DNA of 64,000 nucleotides from Batkoa obscura (Eukaryota): NCBI GenBank assembly GCA_030770535.1, contig JASVEC010000003.1, positions 1,178,001 to 1,242,000 of the forward strand, read 5' to 3'. Shown piece by piece: positions 1 to 13,884 of this stretch (position 1 is its first letter; each line of letters starts with the position of its first letter). The notes under the pieces were generated by a model. It saw only the letters and a program-made list of their open reading frames with translations, ran no database searches and was not told where the DNA came from. The position numbers and the translations under genes were made by a program.

Positions 1-590
1 AAAAGGGGGAATAATGAACTGGTATTATTTAATACCTATAGTGCCTTTAAAACTATTTTTTATCGACTTGTAAATTTATTAAAGTTGCTTATGCTATAAA
101 TTTGAATTTTTTTATTTAGATTGTTTTCAATTTCAAATGATGGTAAATTTTGTTGTCTTTATATTTTATGGAGATAATTTAGAATATGATTGCTGTTTAT
201 TTTATTATGGTTATAGTTTCTTTGCAAACATTGTCTAGTAAAATAGATAATTCTTAGATAAAGGTTGTCAAAGATAGCTAGCTAATTTTAGAATAATCTA
301 ACTTTTATTTAATCTTTGTAAGTTTAAATTTAACATTATCAAATGTTATAAACATTTAATGTATATTTATAACGTATTATTAATAAGTAAGCATACAGTC
401 AAAGTTGTTCTTTATAATAAAATAATATGTATTAGTTAATTTCATAATATTTAAGAGGTGCTAAACAGGCATAAAAAAGGGATCAATTAATCAATTGATT
501 TATGTAATTGACATAAATTAAAAATAAATAAGTAAAAAACAAATTTCTTTAATATTATACTTTATTTATATTTATTAGGGAGTTGTTGTA

Positions 591-1400
591 TTAAAATAAA
601 TTTAAAGCTGTAAAATAAGCTATGAAGAAGAGTTGGGAAGATAATGTAAAGTCTACAATAGAATGACTTGAAGGCTCATCTTTTTTACCAGTAGACTCAG
701 AACTGGAACTGCTTTTACTTTTAGAATCAGAAGGGGCACTAGATTTATCATTACCAGAGGAGGTGCTAGCTTTAATATTATCGGAACTAGAGCTTTTTGA
801 AGCTAAATCTAATTCAAAAGTACCTTTCTTTAAATGACGGGTAATTTCGCCTTTAGAATTTGGTTTATTTTTGTGATAAGCCCAAATAAAATCATTGCTT
901 CCTTTACTATTGATATCCAAGCCTTCACTGAAACTCTTCTTTAACTTTCTAGTAAATGAAATTATCCTCTTATTGCCTGCTATTTTACTGCCTTTATCAT
1001 CAATTTTAATATCTTTAGAATCAACTTGCTTTGGAGGTTCATGGCCCGTACCTTTAGCATGCGTTACTTTAGGCTTATTCTTGTCGTCAAAATATGTAAT
1101 CTATTGAACAAAGAATTAGTATCAAATTAAAATAATCCCACTAAGCACTTACGAAAATCTCAGAGCCTTCCATACCGGTTCCAAGGCCAACTGCTATCCA
1201 TCCAAGTTCCTTTGGCCCCTCTACTGTAAACTTAGCTTCGTCACCGCTTGTTTGTACATCAAAACATAAATTTTCTTCTGGGCAGTCTAAAGCAAAGATG
1301 ATTAATACTGAATAAAAAATGTTGTTAATCACTTACTATTGGCACCAAATACATTTGTAATACAGAATGAAATAAATAAAAAAGATTCTATGAATTTCAT
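591..1400 (-). CDS. Secreted DOMON-domain protein with Ser-rich stalk and probable GPI-anchor signal; exons 1337-1400, 1153-1286, 591-1100
   Basis: Manual splicing at GT-AG sites gives signal peptide MKFIESFLFISFCITNVFG, DOMON motifs GWIAVGLGTGMEGSEIF and FIWAY...ITRH, a Ser-rich linker and a hydrophobic C-terminal tail. Confidence 0.8.
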
Positions 1401-2903
1401 GTTTGATCTTAAAAGATAAGATAATCTTTTTCTTCTGATTTTATACTTTTAAATTTAGTCATCTGGTTTATTTTTATGGTTGCTTAATAAATTAATAAAT
1501 TTAAGATTTCACTAGCAAATAAGAATGAACCAAGAATTCTATTTTTTTAAAAAGTGATAATTTTATTTGAACTAAATAACATTTATAGTTATACATGTTT
1601 TTATAAACTAATTAAAAGATTAACTCTTATCATAGTTTTACTAAGATAATTGTTGTTTGCTTTTGTTTTACTTCAAAATAAAACAGCGATTAATTTAAAC
1701 TAGCAATAGCCTTTAAAATTGTTGAGCAAGCCTTATTTTTCACATAATGCTGAAAATAGAATATTAAAGTTATAGAGGAGTATAAAACTAACTTTTAATA
1801 TCCTAGTACAATAAAATGGTATAAACATTACACCAGGTTTTGAATATATAGTATAAAAATATAGTCATTTGTGATGAATTACTACTTTATTTTATAAATA
1901 GCTTATTGATGTAGACTTAGAAGCGGGATAGTAAGCAAAAATAATAGTGTATCATTAAGGAACAGATATGTTAATAAATGTACATTTGGATTTTATTCTT
2001 TCCGGGATGTAACATTTATTTTATGTTGGTATTTATTTCCGCTTTTTGTGAGATAAAAATAATTTCAAAGCATCTACAGGTAGGGGATTCTATCTAAATA
2101 TCAAGGTATGTATAAAATTTCCAACAGTTGGTAGTGCTCAAACATTTGTATCATAATGTAGGTTAACTTTAATCCATGGTTTAACTTTTTTCCGTTTTGA
2201 TTCATTGCAAAAACGCTAATTTGACCATAAAAATTAAAAAAGTAAAAGATGTGTTTCTTTTTCATTGGAGGATAAAGCATTTTTTTAAAATCCCAAGTTA
2301 TTTAGAAATAGAAAAATAAAAGCACTACTCCGGTTATTTTTTTCACTTAATAATACTATTTCTATGAACTTTATTTTATCGAATTTGGAAAAAACTATTT
2401 CGATTTTAGTGTATTTTAAACTCATCATGTTAATTCGCCTGTCTTGGCACAATTTTTGGCTTTAAAACCTTATTGATTGTATAAGATGATTTATAAAGTA
2501 ACCTCTAACTTTTTTGATTTATGCAAAAATAGGCCATAGGGTACAATGGTCGTTTCATTTTTAAAATTTCCAATAAAGAATTATTTTTTAAAAGGTTTAA
2601 TTTTACTTCCACTATAAATAAAGCAATTAGATCTATTTTACAATCACCAATAGTATAATTTCAGATACTTTTCATTAGTTCAAAATAGCTTTTCAAAGGA
2701 TTAAAAACTAACATCATAGTGGAGAGCGTTATTTCATAATAATTGAAATTGAAATTTCTTTTTATGATAGGCCAATTTTACAAATCGATTTTATAGTTGC
2801 AGTTAATTACTTTTGCCGCTTGCGCCACAAAAAAAGGTCAAATCACTTCATAAATTACCTAATAAAAACAGGAAAATGCGGCAGAAGACTATTTTAAAAG
2901 TTA

Positions 2904-3051
2904 TAGCTGCTGCAACTCTATTGCAACATAGCTAACTATTTATTTAAAAAATAAAACTTTGCTAAAATCAAAGTTTCACTTTAGAAAAACAAGCAAATAA
3001 CTGGCTCTAAAAATTACCGCAAATTAGGTTGCAATAGAACTGCAGCAGCTG
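2904..3051. mobile_element. ~150 bp MITE-like element with ~27 bp terminal inverted repeats and TA flanks
   Basis: tagctgctgcaactctattgcaac at the left end versus gttgcaatagaactgcagcagctg at the right end; TA on both sides; single copy in the window. Confidence 0.55.
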
Positions 3052-3325
3052 TATACTTTCAAGTGATTACTTTGAGGTTCTGGACTTAAATTAAGAGGTG
3101 GTTCTAAAATGAAGCCACCCCTTTTTAATCCAGGGCATTTATATTTGTATTTGATTGTTTTTAACATAGTATTTACAAAAGTAATAGTCGATACTTTACT
3201 ATCATACATTTGTATAAATTAAATAATCCTTTAACAATACAAAATCATAGCTCCAAATAAAAGTTACTGATCATTACAATGATTAATTAGTATAAAACAA
3301 AATTTATTAGATTAAAATATACAAA

Positions 3326-4500
3326 TCAGACTTTTCCATTAATTTCTTGAGTTTTTTTCGATGATATTTGACCATATGTAAAGGCGCCAATCCCTCCAGC
3401 GATTATGATCCCTGTAGGCACCCAGAAATAAACTGGATTTCCTATTAATACGATACCATAAACAATATTAGCAAATGCTAATAAAAACACGATTCTACCT
3501 AACCACCAATGTGCTTTATCAGAGATTGGGATTTTAGTACGCTCTGGACTCCACATTTTATCAATATAAATCCCAAGGCCTACTTGAAATCCATAGATAG
3601 CCATAACAGCAACTCCAAGGGCTCCATGAGGATTATCTAAAACATTACCACGGTCTAGGGCCACCAAGACAATTGATATTACACCAATGAGACCAGTCAA
3701 GACAAATAAACCGAAATGTAGTCTGAACCACCATATACCCAATGCGCCTTTAAGGAAACGAGCAATATAAATAGAAATTATTGGTAACAAAATCCAAGCT
3801 ACTAACATTAGTGCACCATGTATAATAATCACTGTGGCAACTCCTGAAGCTGAAGGATCCGCTGCTGGAGTGTCGGTTTCCGATATGGTTCCAGAACCAC
3901 TTGAACTTACACTATAGCTAAAAGTACCTCGAGAACTATGCTTTTTTATAGATCCATCTGATGATGGAGTAGAATCTGAATAAGCCCAAATCATATTATT
4001 TGCATCATTTGGGTTAATATCAACACCACCTTTAATTGTTGATTTAAGAGGTCTGGTGAAGACAATAGTATTTTTATTATTTTGGGTAGAAGCTTGATCG
4101 GTGCTCAGAACTAAACTTGAGGCTGAAACGGATTGAGGTCTGGTATGCCCTACTCCTAAGTTTTGAGTTACATGTGGTTTTCCATTTGAATCAAACCAAG
4201 CAATCTAATTAATAACGTTAGTCAAAACCAAATAGGCAAAATAAAAAAACATACAAAAATCTCCGAATTAGTCATAGATGTACCTAACCCTACTGCCATA
4301 TATCCAGATTTTTTTGAGCCCTGAAGTGTGAACTTAGCTTGATTTCCTGAAACGCTAACATTTAAACAAAATGGTGCTCCAGATGGACACACTAATAGTA
4401 ACATTAATAAATTACTTCAATATATTTTAAAATGAAGTATACCATTAGCATAAGTAGTAGCTATTATAAAAAATAAAGAAAGTATTTGTAAAAATTTCAT
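3326..4500 (-). CDS. DOMON + cytochrome b561 protein (CYBDOM-like); exons 4443-4500, 4255-4391, 3326-4204
   Basis: Signal peptide; DOMON motifs GYMAVGLGTSMTNSEIF and MIWAY...IKKH; transmembrane b561 region with four His (IIHGALM, FRLHFG, NPHGALG, KAHWWLG). Confidence 0.88.
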
Positions 4501-6232
4501 TATAAACAATGTTTTTGAATTTTATTTTGAATTTTATTTTGAATTTTAAGTTTATATACTTTTCGAATCTCAATATATGGCATAACGGTAAAATTAAAGT
4601 CTATTTGTAGTAATTAACATTAAAAATAATAGGCAAATCAAGTATAAGTCTAATTTATTTTTTAATGAACTGGGAAGAGGGTGGTTAAAGTATCAAGTTA
4701 AGTGATAAATTAATCTTAAATACATAAACCAACATAATACCTTGGCGATTTTGATTCATATAAAAAGGAGATGTTAATAAAATTTTAGAATTATAGAATT
4801 TTTTTTCGGATACCAACCAAATGCCTCTTTCCTTGGCTGAAACCCTTCCTTAATTGTAAAATATAAATTTTCCAAAGTTTTATTGATAAATTTAATAATC
4901 GTTTTTTATGATTTAACATCTCATCAACTTATAATTCATGTTTAATAAGCTATTGATAATATGTTCTTCTTAGAACTTAATTTAGACTAAGAATATTCTA
5001 ATAGAAATCATCTTAATAGCTTTACGTTTGTATTTTGCTCATTCTATTTGTTAGTAGAAATGGGCATAAAAGCATTCAATTTCCATCTTCTTTTTGATAA
5101 AGTAAAGATAATCACCAAGGTTAGATATGTTTATAATATTAAATATGCCAAAAATCGATATTCAGAAGCATTATTAAACAAGTACAAATTGAACTGAAAT
5201 TTATTCTCTTAAGGCGTGATTTTAGAATATCATTTAAAAAATAATGATTATTTAGAATGATTAGAACTCGCACCTAATAATTAGTGATTATTAAATCAAA
5301 TTAGATTAAAATGATCAAAGTAGTTGAGCATCATAATGAGATTGATACCTTCATCTATATCTAGATTTTATTGATTTTAGTAAATTTGTAGGCAGAATTT
5401 TTGAGAAAATTCTTTAGCTTGTTTCAATTACGTACAAGTTTAAAATACGCCGTTGTTTTTAATGCAGCTTCAAAAATCATAGCTTACTCATTGAAACAAT
5501 ATGAAGATAAATTTTTAAGGCCAACATTTTAAAATAAGAAACAAGAATAATTTATTATAATCTTAAAGTACTTTTGTTCATGTCTAAAACCTTTTTTACT
5601 ATTTTCGAATATTTAAAATGAAATCGTACATTATCAGTTGACTAAAGTTGGCCTCGTTTGAACAAAGAATAAACCTATAAATATCAGATAAAAAAAGACT
5701 GTATTTTTGCCAAGCTTTTATTTTAACTAATATTAATTTATCATATGAAAAAAAACTGTATTAATAATATAAGGAAATCAGTGTTTGGTATGTTTGGATT
5801 TTGAAATTATTTAACTGTTCGTTGCTTGTGATTAGAATATTTTATCCTACCACCTTTTAAAATTCTTCTAGACGAATAAAGCTAAAATTAAACTTGGAAA
5901 ATAAAGTAATATTCGAGTTTTTTTGAAAATAAAATAAAAATGGTATATCAAAAAATGATACTAATGTTTTGATACCCGTAAATCTAAGAGCTGGCTTTTT
6001 TAAAAATGTTCCTTACTATTATAATATCAACTCAGGAACATAATGTATTTTCAAATAAATTATTTAAATTGCTGGTTTTAGAAATAGCTAAAAGTGGTAA
6101 ACGTTTAATAAGATACCTTTTATTTTTTAATAGGGAGAAAATATTTACACATTTTTTAAAGTGCCCGATATGGGCTTGATGTAATTTATTATGTATGCTG
6201 GAACTTTATCAAAAAATAAATTAACATAAAGT

Positions 6233-6361
6233 TGTACTTTGGATAGGTGGCAAAGCAGGGATGATTATAAAATTTGCTCAAATTTTTGCAAATTTACAAA
6301 CTTGATATTAACTTGAGCGAATTTCATATTCACTCCTGCTTTATCATCTGCCGAAAATACA
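6233..6361. repeat. Imperfect foldback with ~49 bp arms and ~31 bp loop, probably an old MITE
   Basis: 6233-6281 is an imperfect reverse complement of 6313-6361; mismatches are mostly transitions. Confidence 0.6.
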
Positions 6362-6780
6362 TTTTAATAAAATATGACAACTACATGATAGTATAGTAAA
6401 AGATAAAGTCTAGTCGTTTTTATGGTCATTTATTGTTAGAAAAATTGATAGAAGCTCGTATAAAGTTTATAATCCTCTTAATTTAATATAAAGTATTTTA
6501 ATTAAAACTTTTATCAAATTTATTGAATATTTTAGTTCAATAAACTCTGTTTTTCACTATGTTCATTATAATAAACAGATGTTAGAAAAATGCAGCACTA
6601 CACATTTTAATAACTTAGAATCCAAGTTAAACGATGCTTAGAAGCTTTATTATAGTTTAGATTTTGTATTTTTATGTTTTGAATTAAGTTGGTATATTTT
6701 GTACAGCTTTATTTTATTACATCTCCAGTTTTTCAGTAAAAGGTTAACGATATACCTGGATTTTTATATAACTGTTATAT

Positions 6781-6879
6781 GGTGATGTTTTTTTTGATTT
6801 CATCACTTTTTCCATTTTTTAAGCGCTATCTGAGCGGAAAGATTGTTAGTGAAATCCTTAAACAAAAAAATACATCCCC
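6781..6879. mobile_element. ~98 bp GGGG...CCCC MITE, copy 1
   Basis: Family core ttttccattttttaagcgcta..gagcggaaagattgttag; TSD ATAT/ATAT. Confidence 0.85.
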
Positions 6880-7883
6880 ATATTATAAATATGAGCATGT
6901 TTAAGGCTTTGGTTAATGATTTGCTCGTATTTTATGCCATTTAAATAGTGGGCAAAAAGCTGAAAGTAGAAAGATATTCCCATGTAGTAAATTTCAAATT
7001 CAAAAAGCAGATGCTTTTTCTATTAGTAATCATAGTTTTACTCCTTGAGCAAATCTATCGCTTTTATAGCAGATATTTATGATGTTTATTACTTTGTTAA
7101 AAGGCACGACTTTACGCTGAGTCTTTAAATACATCTTCCTTTTGGGATCTAAATTAGAACCTCTTGTACTCATAGTCGACATTTATGGGACCATTTATCT
7201 GATTCCATAATTAAATGAAAATAAAGCAAATAACATGCGCAATTTTTTTAAGCATCACTCTTTCCCAAAAATTTTCACGAAAGTTAAAGCTGTTTGTAAA
7301 TAGCGCAAATTTTGCTCTTGAGGCAAATTTTCTAATTCTTGTTCATATTATTGTTGTTATGTTTGAATTATTTCAACATTGGGTTTAATAAGCTGTTAGA
7401 GCGTTATGCTAATAATAATAAAAGGTTGTAGAAGCTATAAATAAAAATATTATATTATTAATACAAATGAAATTTTGAAGGATTATATCATAAAACTGAT
7501 TTCTTGATATACTAAGGTCCTGGACCTAAATTTTAATCAGATTATTTATAAATAGAATCCTTTGTACTTATGTATGATTATTCTCGTAGAAGATTATAGT
7601 AATCTTTAATTCTAATACTGTAGACATCTATAGCTTTAATATTAAATGACGTACTTATCCCAATAAAAGTCCAAGCCTCGGATAATAAACATTATATCAT
7701 ACCCAGGTTCAAGTTCTTTATTTTATATTCCATAACAAACCTGAACTAAATGGACAAATAAACAAGTATATAAATCGTCAACTAAACTATCAAAAATACT
7801 ATACCAACTCTTAGAATAAATACTAAATATTGTATTTCTTAATCTGTTAATTAAGACTGGTAAATAATATCAAAATATACAAA

Positions 7884-8252
7884 ATGAAAGCCATCCAATT
7901 ACTCGGTCTCTGCTGCTATCTCTTAAACTCTATTTCACCACAGACACAATATTCTGGGAACACTTGCGTTGAAAAGACTGATGTTCAAACTTCAGACCTC
8001 CGAGATGAATGTTTGTCTTATATTTCATCGACTTTACAAACACAATGTAAATCAACTTATTGTCATAAAGTATCTAATAGAAATGCATCCTGCGAATGCA
8101 GTTACAGAACTTCCAACTGTAAAGCAAGAAACCTTAGTCATACTTTAGCTGAATTTAAGAACAGTGACTCAAAATGTAGTCTTGGTTATTTCGCATGGCA
8201 GGAAGGTTGGAAAAATAGTGGATTTATTGAATTTTACTGTAAAAAGAATTAA
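7884..8252 (+). CDS. Small secreted cysteine-rich protein, 122 aa (divergent paralogue)
   Basis: Intronless ORF, signal-peptide-like N-terminus, 9 Cys in the predicted mature part, clearly homologous to 10862-11230; TATA-like gtatataa near 7766. Confidence 0.85.
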   Translation: MKAIQLLGLCCYLLNSISPQTQYSGNTCVEKTDVQTSDLRDECLSYISSTLQTQCKSTYCHKVSNRNASCECSYRTSNCKARNLSHTLAEFKNSDSKCSLGYFAWQEGWKNSGFIEFYCKKN

Positions 8253-8866
8253 ATTTTAATATTAGTCTCTTAAATAATTTTTTCCATCTTAATCCTTTCC
8301 AATTATAAGTGGCATAAAGTCTCTTTCTCCTCTTTCAGACCTCCTTTCATAATCTTTCCCTCATATTTCCCTGTTATTGTCCCAATTTTGTTACTATCAC
8401 AGCATCACACCAAAATCGCTTTTCATTGTTTCCAGCTTCTAAGCAACAATCTTTATAAAAATATCTTTTGTTATCCACCGGAAAAAAAGCTAGGTTATCA
8501 TATTTACCTACTAAAATTGCCACCTCTTTTTTAACCCACTTACCCCGTATCATCCCATTTGTTTTTATGCTATTTAAGGGCTTTTATTTTATTTTTTTCA
8601 ATTAATAAACATTATAAGACTCACTTTGGATTTTTAAGAAATGTTGGCCTTTTAAGCAATAGCTATTTTTTATAAAATAAAAATGCTCTTGTATAGCTTA
8701 ATTTTAGTTTTGTCTTTTTGTCCGTATTATGTTAAATTTATTATATAAAAGCCAAGAGTTTTAGATAAAATTTTTAATACTTGTTTAATATTGAAAATTA
8801 AAACATTTGATTTTTTTTAAAATATAAACATTTTTGATTTTCATAGTTAAGTTTTTTTTAAGATAT

Positions 8867-8965
8867 GGGGGTGTTTTTTTTGGTTTCATTATTTTTTCCA
8901 TTTTTTAAGCGCTATTTGAGTGGAAAGATTGTTAGTAAAATTCTTAAACAAGAAAATATATTCCT
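8867..8965. mobile_element. ~98 bp MITE, copy 2
   Basis: Family core; TSD ATAT/ATAT; right terminus decayed to ttcct. Confidence 0.85.
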
Positions 8966-9335
8966 ATATTATGTTTTTATTTTCAAGATAATATGCTAAT
9001 TTTATTATTATTGTTACTATTTATAAATAAAGCAGATTAAGTTATGCTGAATAATTTTTTTTATAAATTAAGCTTTATATTGTTTAAGCTAAAAGATGAT
9101 TATCATTAATACAAATATAAATTTTTTTTTATTTGATAACAAATTAATTAATTGATACTATTATTGATTATTTTTTTAAAAATATATACTTAAATATAAG
9201 CTAGATATCAATATTGTTTAATTTAGTTAAAATATTAATAATTGCACTTAAGAGCTATATTTAATTAATATTATTTTAGTTTTTTTAAAATAAAAAAGCC
9301 TGATTAATAATATATATGCTAATAGTTAGCATTTA

Positions 9336-9822
9336 TTATAAAAATCATTTTCTACAAGGACTCTTTTAATCATTTTTTTGATGACTTTAGCTTTAATAAC
9401 TAAAATTTTTGACTTTTTAACAAATTATCTTATTAGTACATATCTTTTAATCAACTTCACAAATATTCTAACAGTTGCTTTTTTAAGTATTTTTTTTTAG
9501 CTGATCTATTTAATTTACCTCCATAATAATTCCTACCTAAATATAAATTATATGGGGATATTTTTTTTGCCCTCATTATTTTTCATTTTTTAAGCGCTAT
9601 TTGAACGGAAAGGTTGTTAGTAAAATTCTTAAATAAAAATACATCCTCATATGTATTTGAAATTATATCTATTAAACAAATCTTAGCTGCATAAAATATC
9701 ATATAAACATAAGGGTAGCTGGTCGTTTGGATGATGATATCTTGTTGAGATAAACCATTATCATAAGTTAAATTATATAACTTGACTACTAAATTTAATA
9801 AATATGTCCACCTCCTATTATG
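9336..9822 (-). pseudogene. Decayed 3' fragment of the sulfite reductase gene, interrupted by a MITE
   Basis: Translation YLLNLVVKLYNLTYDNGLSQQDIIIQTT aligns with YLPSLIDKLDNLIYDNGLSLQDISIRMT of the 15941-20029 ORF; similarity resumes after the MITE (tataatttatatttagg) up to the stop region. Confidence 0.75.
9554..9648. mobile_element. ~98 bp MITE, copy 3
   Basis: Family core; TSD ATAT/ATAT; inserted in the sulfite reductase fragment. Confidence 0.85.
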
Positions 9823-11363
9823 ATTCAAATTAGTATTTTTTATACTCCTTCAACTTGTATATTAATTCTTCTTTTACTTAATTATGAACCCAATTGGTAT
9901 TACAATTTTCAACAATAGATTTTACTTTAGTATGTTTAAGATGAATTATGTCTCTAAAGTCGTATCAACTTCTGTGATTATAGTTTGATTTATGTAAATC
10001 GATTATTTTTATAATAGTTAGAATATTTATTACATTGTAAAATAATTTATTTTAACCCTAGATTTTCATGTATATTGTTTTTTTCTTTGACATTTGAACT
10101 TTCTTATATATCATGTTATCATTTATAGTTATATTATTGGATGCATAAATTTAAAAGTGAGAAAAACGGAGAGAGTGGCCAATTAGATTGAAATGTAACA
10201 TTTCTTTATCAAAAGTTCAGTATATAAAAATCAAATTTACTTACTAAATAACATCAACTTTGTGACTAAAATAATTGATTTAATTGATTTTAATTTTATT
10301 ATTATTATTCTGTCTAAGTTAATATCGGAATTAAAAAATCAATTAAAGTACTCTATTATTAATCAAAAATAAAATAGAAGCTATAAATTAAAAAAAGGAT
10401 TATTAATACAAAATGAGTTTTAAAAGGTTAGATAATAAAATTACTTTTAATGTAATTAAGGTCCCAAACTTTGATTAGATAATTTAGTCATAGTATCCTT
10501 TATATTGATGCATAATTGTTCTTGTAAAAGAACTCTAACTAAAGTATTGACATCTTTAGCAATGATGTTAGATAAACAAATAGATTTTAATAAAACCCCA
10601 GACTTAAGGTGATAGATAAAGAATATACCATGACCAGACTCAAGTCCTTTATTTAATATTCTTTAACTAAATAATATTAAACTATTAAATTATTAAATTA
10701 TTAAATTATTGAATTATTAAATTATTAAGTTATTAAATATAAAAAGTATATAATGTATCGATTAAACTCTTTAATATATCATACTAACTCTTAGAATAAA
10801 CATTATATATTGTATTTCCTAAACTATTAATTCAAAATAGAAAATATTTTTATAATATAAAATGAAAACCTCTCAAGTACTCGCTGTTTGCTTCTATCTC
10901 TTCAACTCTATTTTATCCCAGACACAATATTCAGGTAATACTTGTGTTCAAAAAATAGATGTTCAAACTTCAGATCTCAAAAATGAATGTTTAGCTAGAA
11001 TCTCCTCTACCTTACAAACCAATTGTAGACCTGTTTATCAACATCGTGTTGCTAATAGAAATACTTCTTGTGAATGTGTTTATAGAACTTCTAATTGTAG
11101 AGCAAGAAATTTGAGTCATACTTTACAGGAATTTAAGAATAGTGATAAAAAGTGTAGTCTCGGTTATTTTGCATGGCAAGAAGGTTGGAGAAATAGTGGA
11201 TTTATTGAGTTCAATTGCAAAAAGAATTAAAGTTTGATATTAATTTTTTAAATGAGAATTGTTTTTTAATTTTCATTTGTTTTTTACTTTAAGCTAAAAT
11301 TTAATTTTAATTTTAATTCCAATTTTTTTTATAACTTTAACTAAACTCTTAGTTTTTATATAT
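9823..11363 (+). repeat. Left arm of a ~1.54 kb near-identical inverted duplication (partner 20387-21933)
   Basis: Reverse-complement match read by eye across promoter, CDS and 3' flank, with only a few SNPs and small indels. Confidence 0.95.
10862..11230 (+). CDS. Small secreted cysteine-rich protein, 122 aa
   Basis: Signal-peptide-like N-terminus, 8 Cys in the mature part; protein identical to 20514-20882. Confidence 0.88.
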   Translation: MKTSQVLAVCFYLFNSILSQTQYSGNTCVQKIDVQTSDLKNECLARISSTLQTNCRPVYQHRVANRNTSCECVYRTSNCRARNLSHTLQEFKNSDKKCSLGYFAWQEGWRNSGFIEFNCKKN

Positions 11364-12604
11364 AGTTTTTTATTATTTTAATATATTAATGTTAAGTTAA
11401 TTAAATGAAGTGTTTAAAAGTTATTTAAATAAGGGATATTATTTTTGGAATATAGTAAATCTAAACAACGAAATGAATAAAACCAAAATTTATTAAGTTA
11501 TCCTACTAACATGTATTTAAAAAGCTCCTGATTAAGCTAAAAAATATGACAATGTTCTATAATATGCCTGATTACACTGTTAAATTTAACTGGTAGCCTC
11601 GATCTCTTTTTCCATATAAACAAAATATTAATAATGAGTAAAAAGCAGTTTGCTTTATGATGTTTTAAACAAATATTTACGCTAATTGTTATGATATATA
11701 AGCATTTACTGATACCAATGACTATGTCAATTTAACTTTGATTAATAAACTAGAGTTTTATTAAATTGTATATGTAAATAAAACAAGAATAAAAATCAGC
11801 TCTAGTACTCGGCTATAATATGTAATTTGTGTTTTGTAAATTAATAAGAACCAGAGCTTTATAAACTATATAATAGAGAAATAAACATAAAGTAATTTAA
11901 ATAATAAATAACAAATAATAAATGATAAATGATAAACAATAAATTATTGAGATAAGTTTGTACCCGAAATACTACTTATTGCCCATACTTACAAACACTA
12001 ATTAATAAAAATACTATACTAAAAAAATAAAAATGAGTTCAAAAAAGAATGAAATAAATAAATCAAAGGATAAATAAACAAATACTGAAAAGCATTAATA
12101 AATACACTTTCAATCTCAAATGTAGCACTTACACAGCTTTTTTGGCAAGTCAGGAGGCTTTTTGTGGTTTTTAGTCCTTATCAAGTTCCATTATTTGACA
12201 TAGTAATTTAGTTGCTAAAAAGATAACTAGTTTTAAAATATTATATTAGTAAATGTAACATTGATACATTTTAAACACATAAAATCTCCTAATTTGTTAA
12301 TACTTTCATTTAAAAAAATTAATCATAATGTCAATACTGGCAATAAATAAAAGCTTAAAGTGAAAGTTATAACAAATTAAAAGGTTAGACTACGTTTAAG
12401 CTATTTCGGTTGTACCATCTAATTTTTTATTCCTTATAACGTTTAGATTTAAAATGATATATATAAACTACATGGAAAATGAAGCTATACTATAACACCA
12501 ATACTTCACTTTATAATAGACGATTACAAATTATTAAATTTATACATGAAAAGCTATTAAAAAATTTAACATACTTAACTCACATGTAAAAATAATTTAT
12601 TAAA

Positions 12605-13884
12605 CTAAACTTTCATCCAAAATAAATTTGGAATTTGATCAAATTGGTCATGTTGAGGACCAACAGTTCTAGGGGTAGTATGAGCAATTAAAGGAGCATC
12701 AGCTCTATAGTTGGTATTGACTTCACCATTGACTAAATGAAACTCATCAATCTTAAGTAACTCAAGGTCTGAAAAAAAATGTAAAAAACAAAAGAAGTTT
12801 CAAGTGGAGTAATGAAGCGATCTATATAAATTTTTCGAACTGAATTACAAGTGCATTATATTCTTCTTTATAGACATCAAAACCAGTTACATTTTATTTA
12901 TTAAATACTCGTAAATATTTAAAACTCATATGAGAAAAGTGGATAGTGTTAATATTTGGTAATAAGTCAATCTCTTTTAATAAATTTTTGTTTAATATTT
13001 TAAGATTAATGTCTCTTAAAGTTGGTATTCTCAAATAATTCATATTAATCTCTTCTTTTAACAAGTATACTAAAAAGATCTAAACTTTTGATATTATGTT
13101 CTTCGGATAATGATTCATAATTTAGATTATTACAACCTTGCTTAAGTAATTTACCCGATTCTTTCTTTAAAGTCAACCCTCTTGTATGTTGTAAATCACC
13201 AAAGCATCCAACGATTCCATTATCAAATTTATTACTAATTTTAATCTCAACTTCATCGGAAACAAAACTACGGTGAAATTCAATCATTGGTGGAATTTTG
13301 GCCTTTTTATTACACCTTAAATATAATGATTTTAATCTTCTACAAGTCGTATTAATTGTACCAATTCCATTCATATATAGATAACATCCAGAGTGTAATC
13401 GAAGCGTCTTTAATTGACATCTTTCAGTAAAATAAGGAGCAATCCTACGAATAAACATTGAGGTTCCAAAGATCTCAAGTTTCTTAAGTTGACTCGTAAA
13501 TACTCGTTTGTATCAATGCTTAATTTTTTCAATTGTTCAAACTCAATTACTCTAAAGTCTCTATCAATGCTGTTACTATTATTCATCTTAAAACGGATGG
13601 ATTCCAAATTGGGGGATTGATTTACAAGCTCAAGGGTACCTTGTTGATATTAGTATGAATTATTTTCTCGGGATATTTATTGATGAACTTCACTTGATAA
13701 TCTTTATATTTCTCTATACTAGGTCTATTGTAGACGGAGCGAGTTAAACTATATTGGATAGTCTTAACGGCAACTTTGAGCAAATACTTATCTAAAAAAC
13801 ATATATCAAACAATTCATCTGTATTTAACTTCTTAAAAAGTTCTTCAAGTACGATTTCTGGTAAATATTCAAATTTGATGGCAT
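12605..13884 (-). pseudogene. F-box/LRR-like family pseudogene
   Basis: IKFEYLPEIVLEELFKKLNTDELFDICFLDKYL F-box-like start and IPNLFWMKV end, both shared with 51897-53588; split over several frames. Confidence 0.8.

Noticed and set aside
8290..8580. Pyrimidine-skewed stretch as a gene remnant on the minus strand
   Set aside because: No sustained ORF or recognisable motif could be supported
9583..9828. 81-aa ORF as a real gene
   Set aside because: It is a chimera of a decayed sulfite reductase fragment and MITE sequence
10673..10737. (AATTATTA)n array as a CRISPR-like or telomeric repeat
   Set aside because: It is a simple AT-rich minisatellite with no spacers, copied in the other duplication arm
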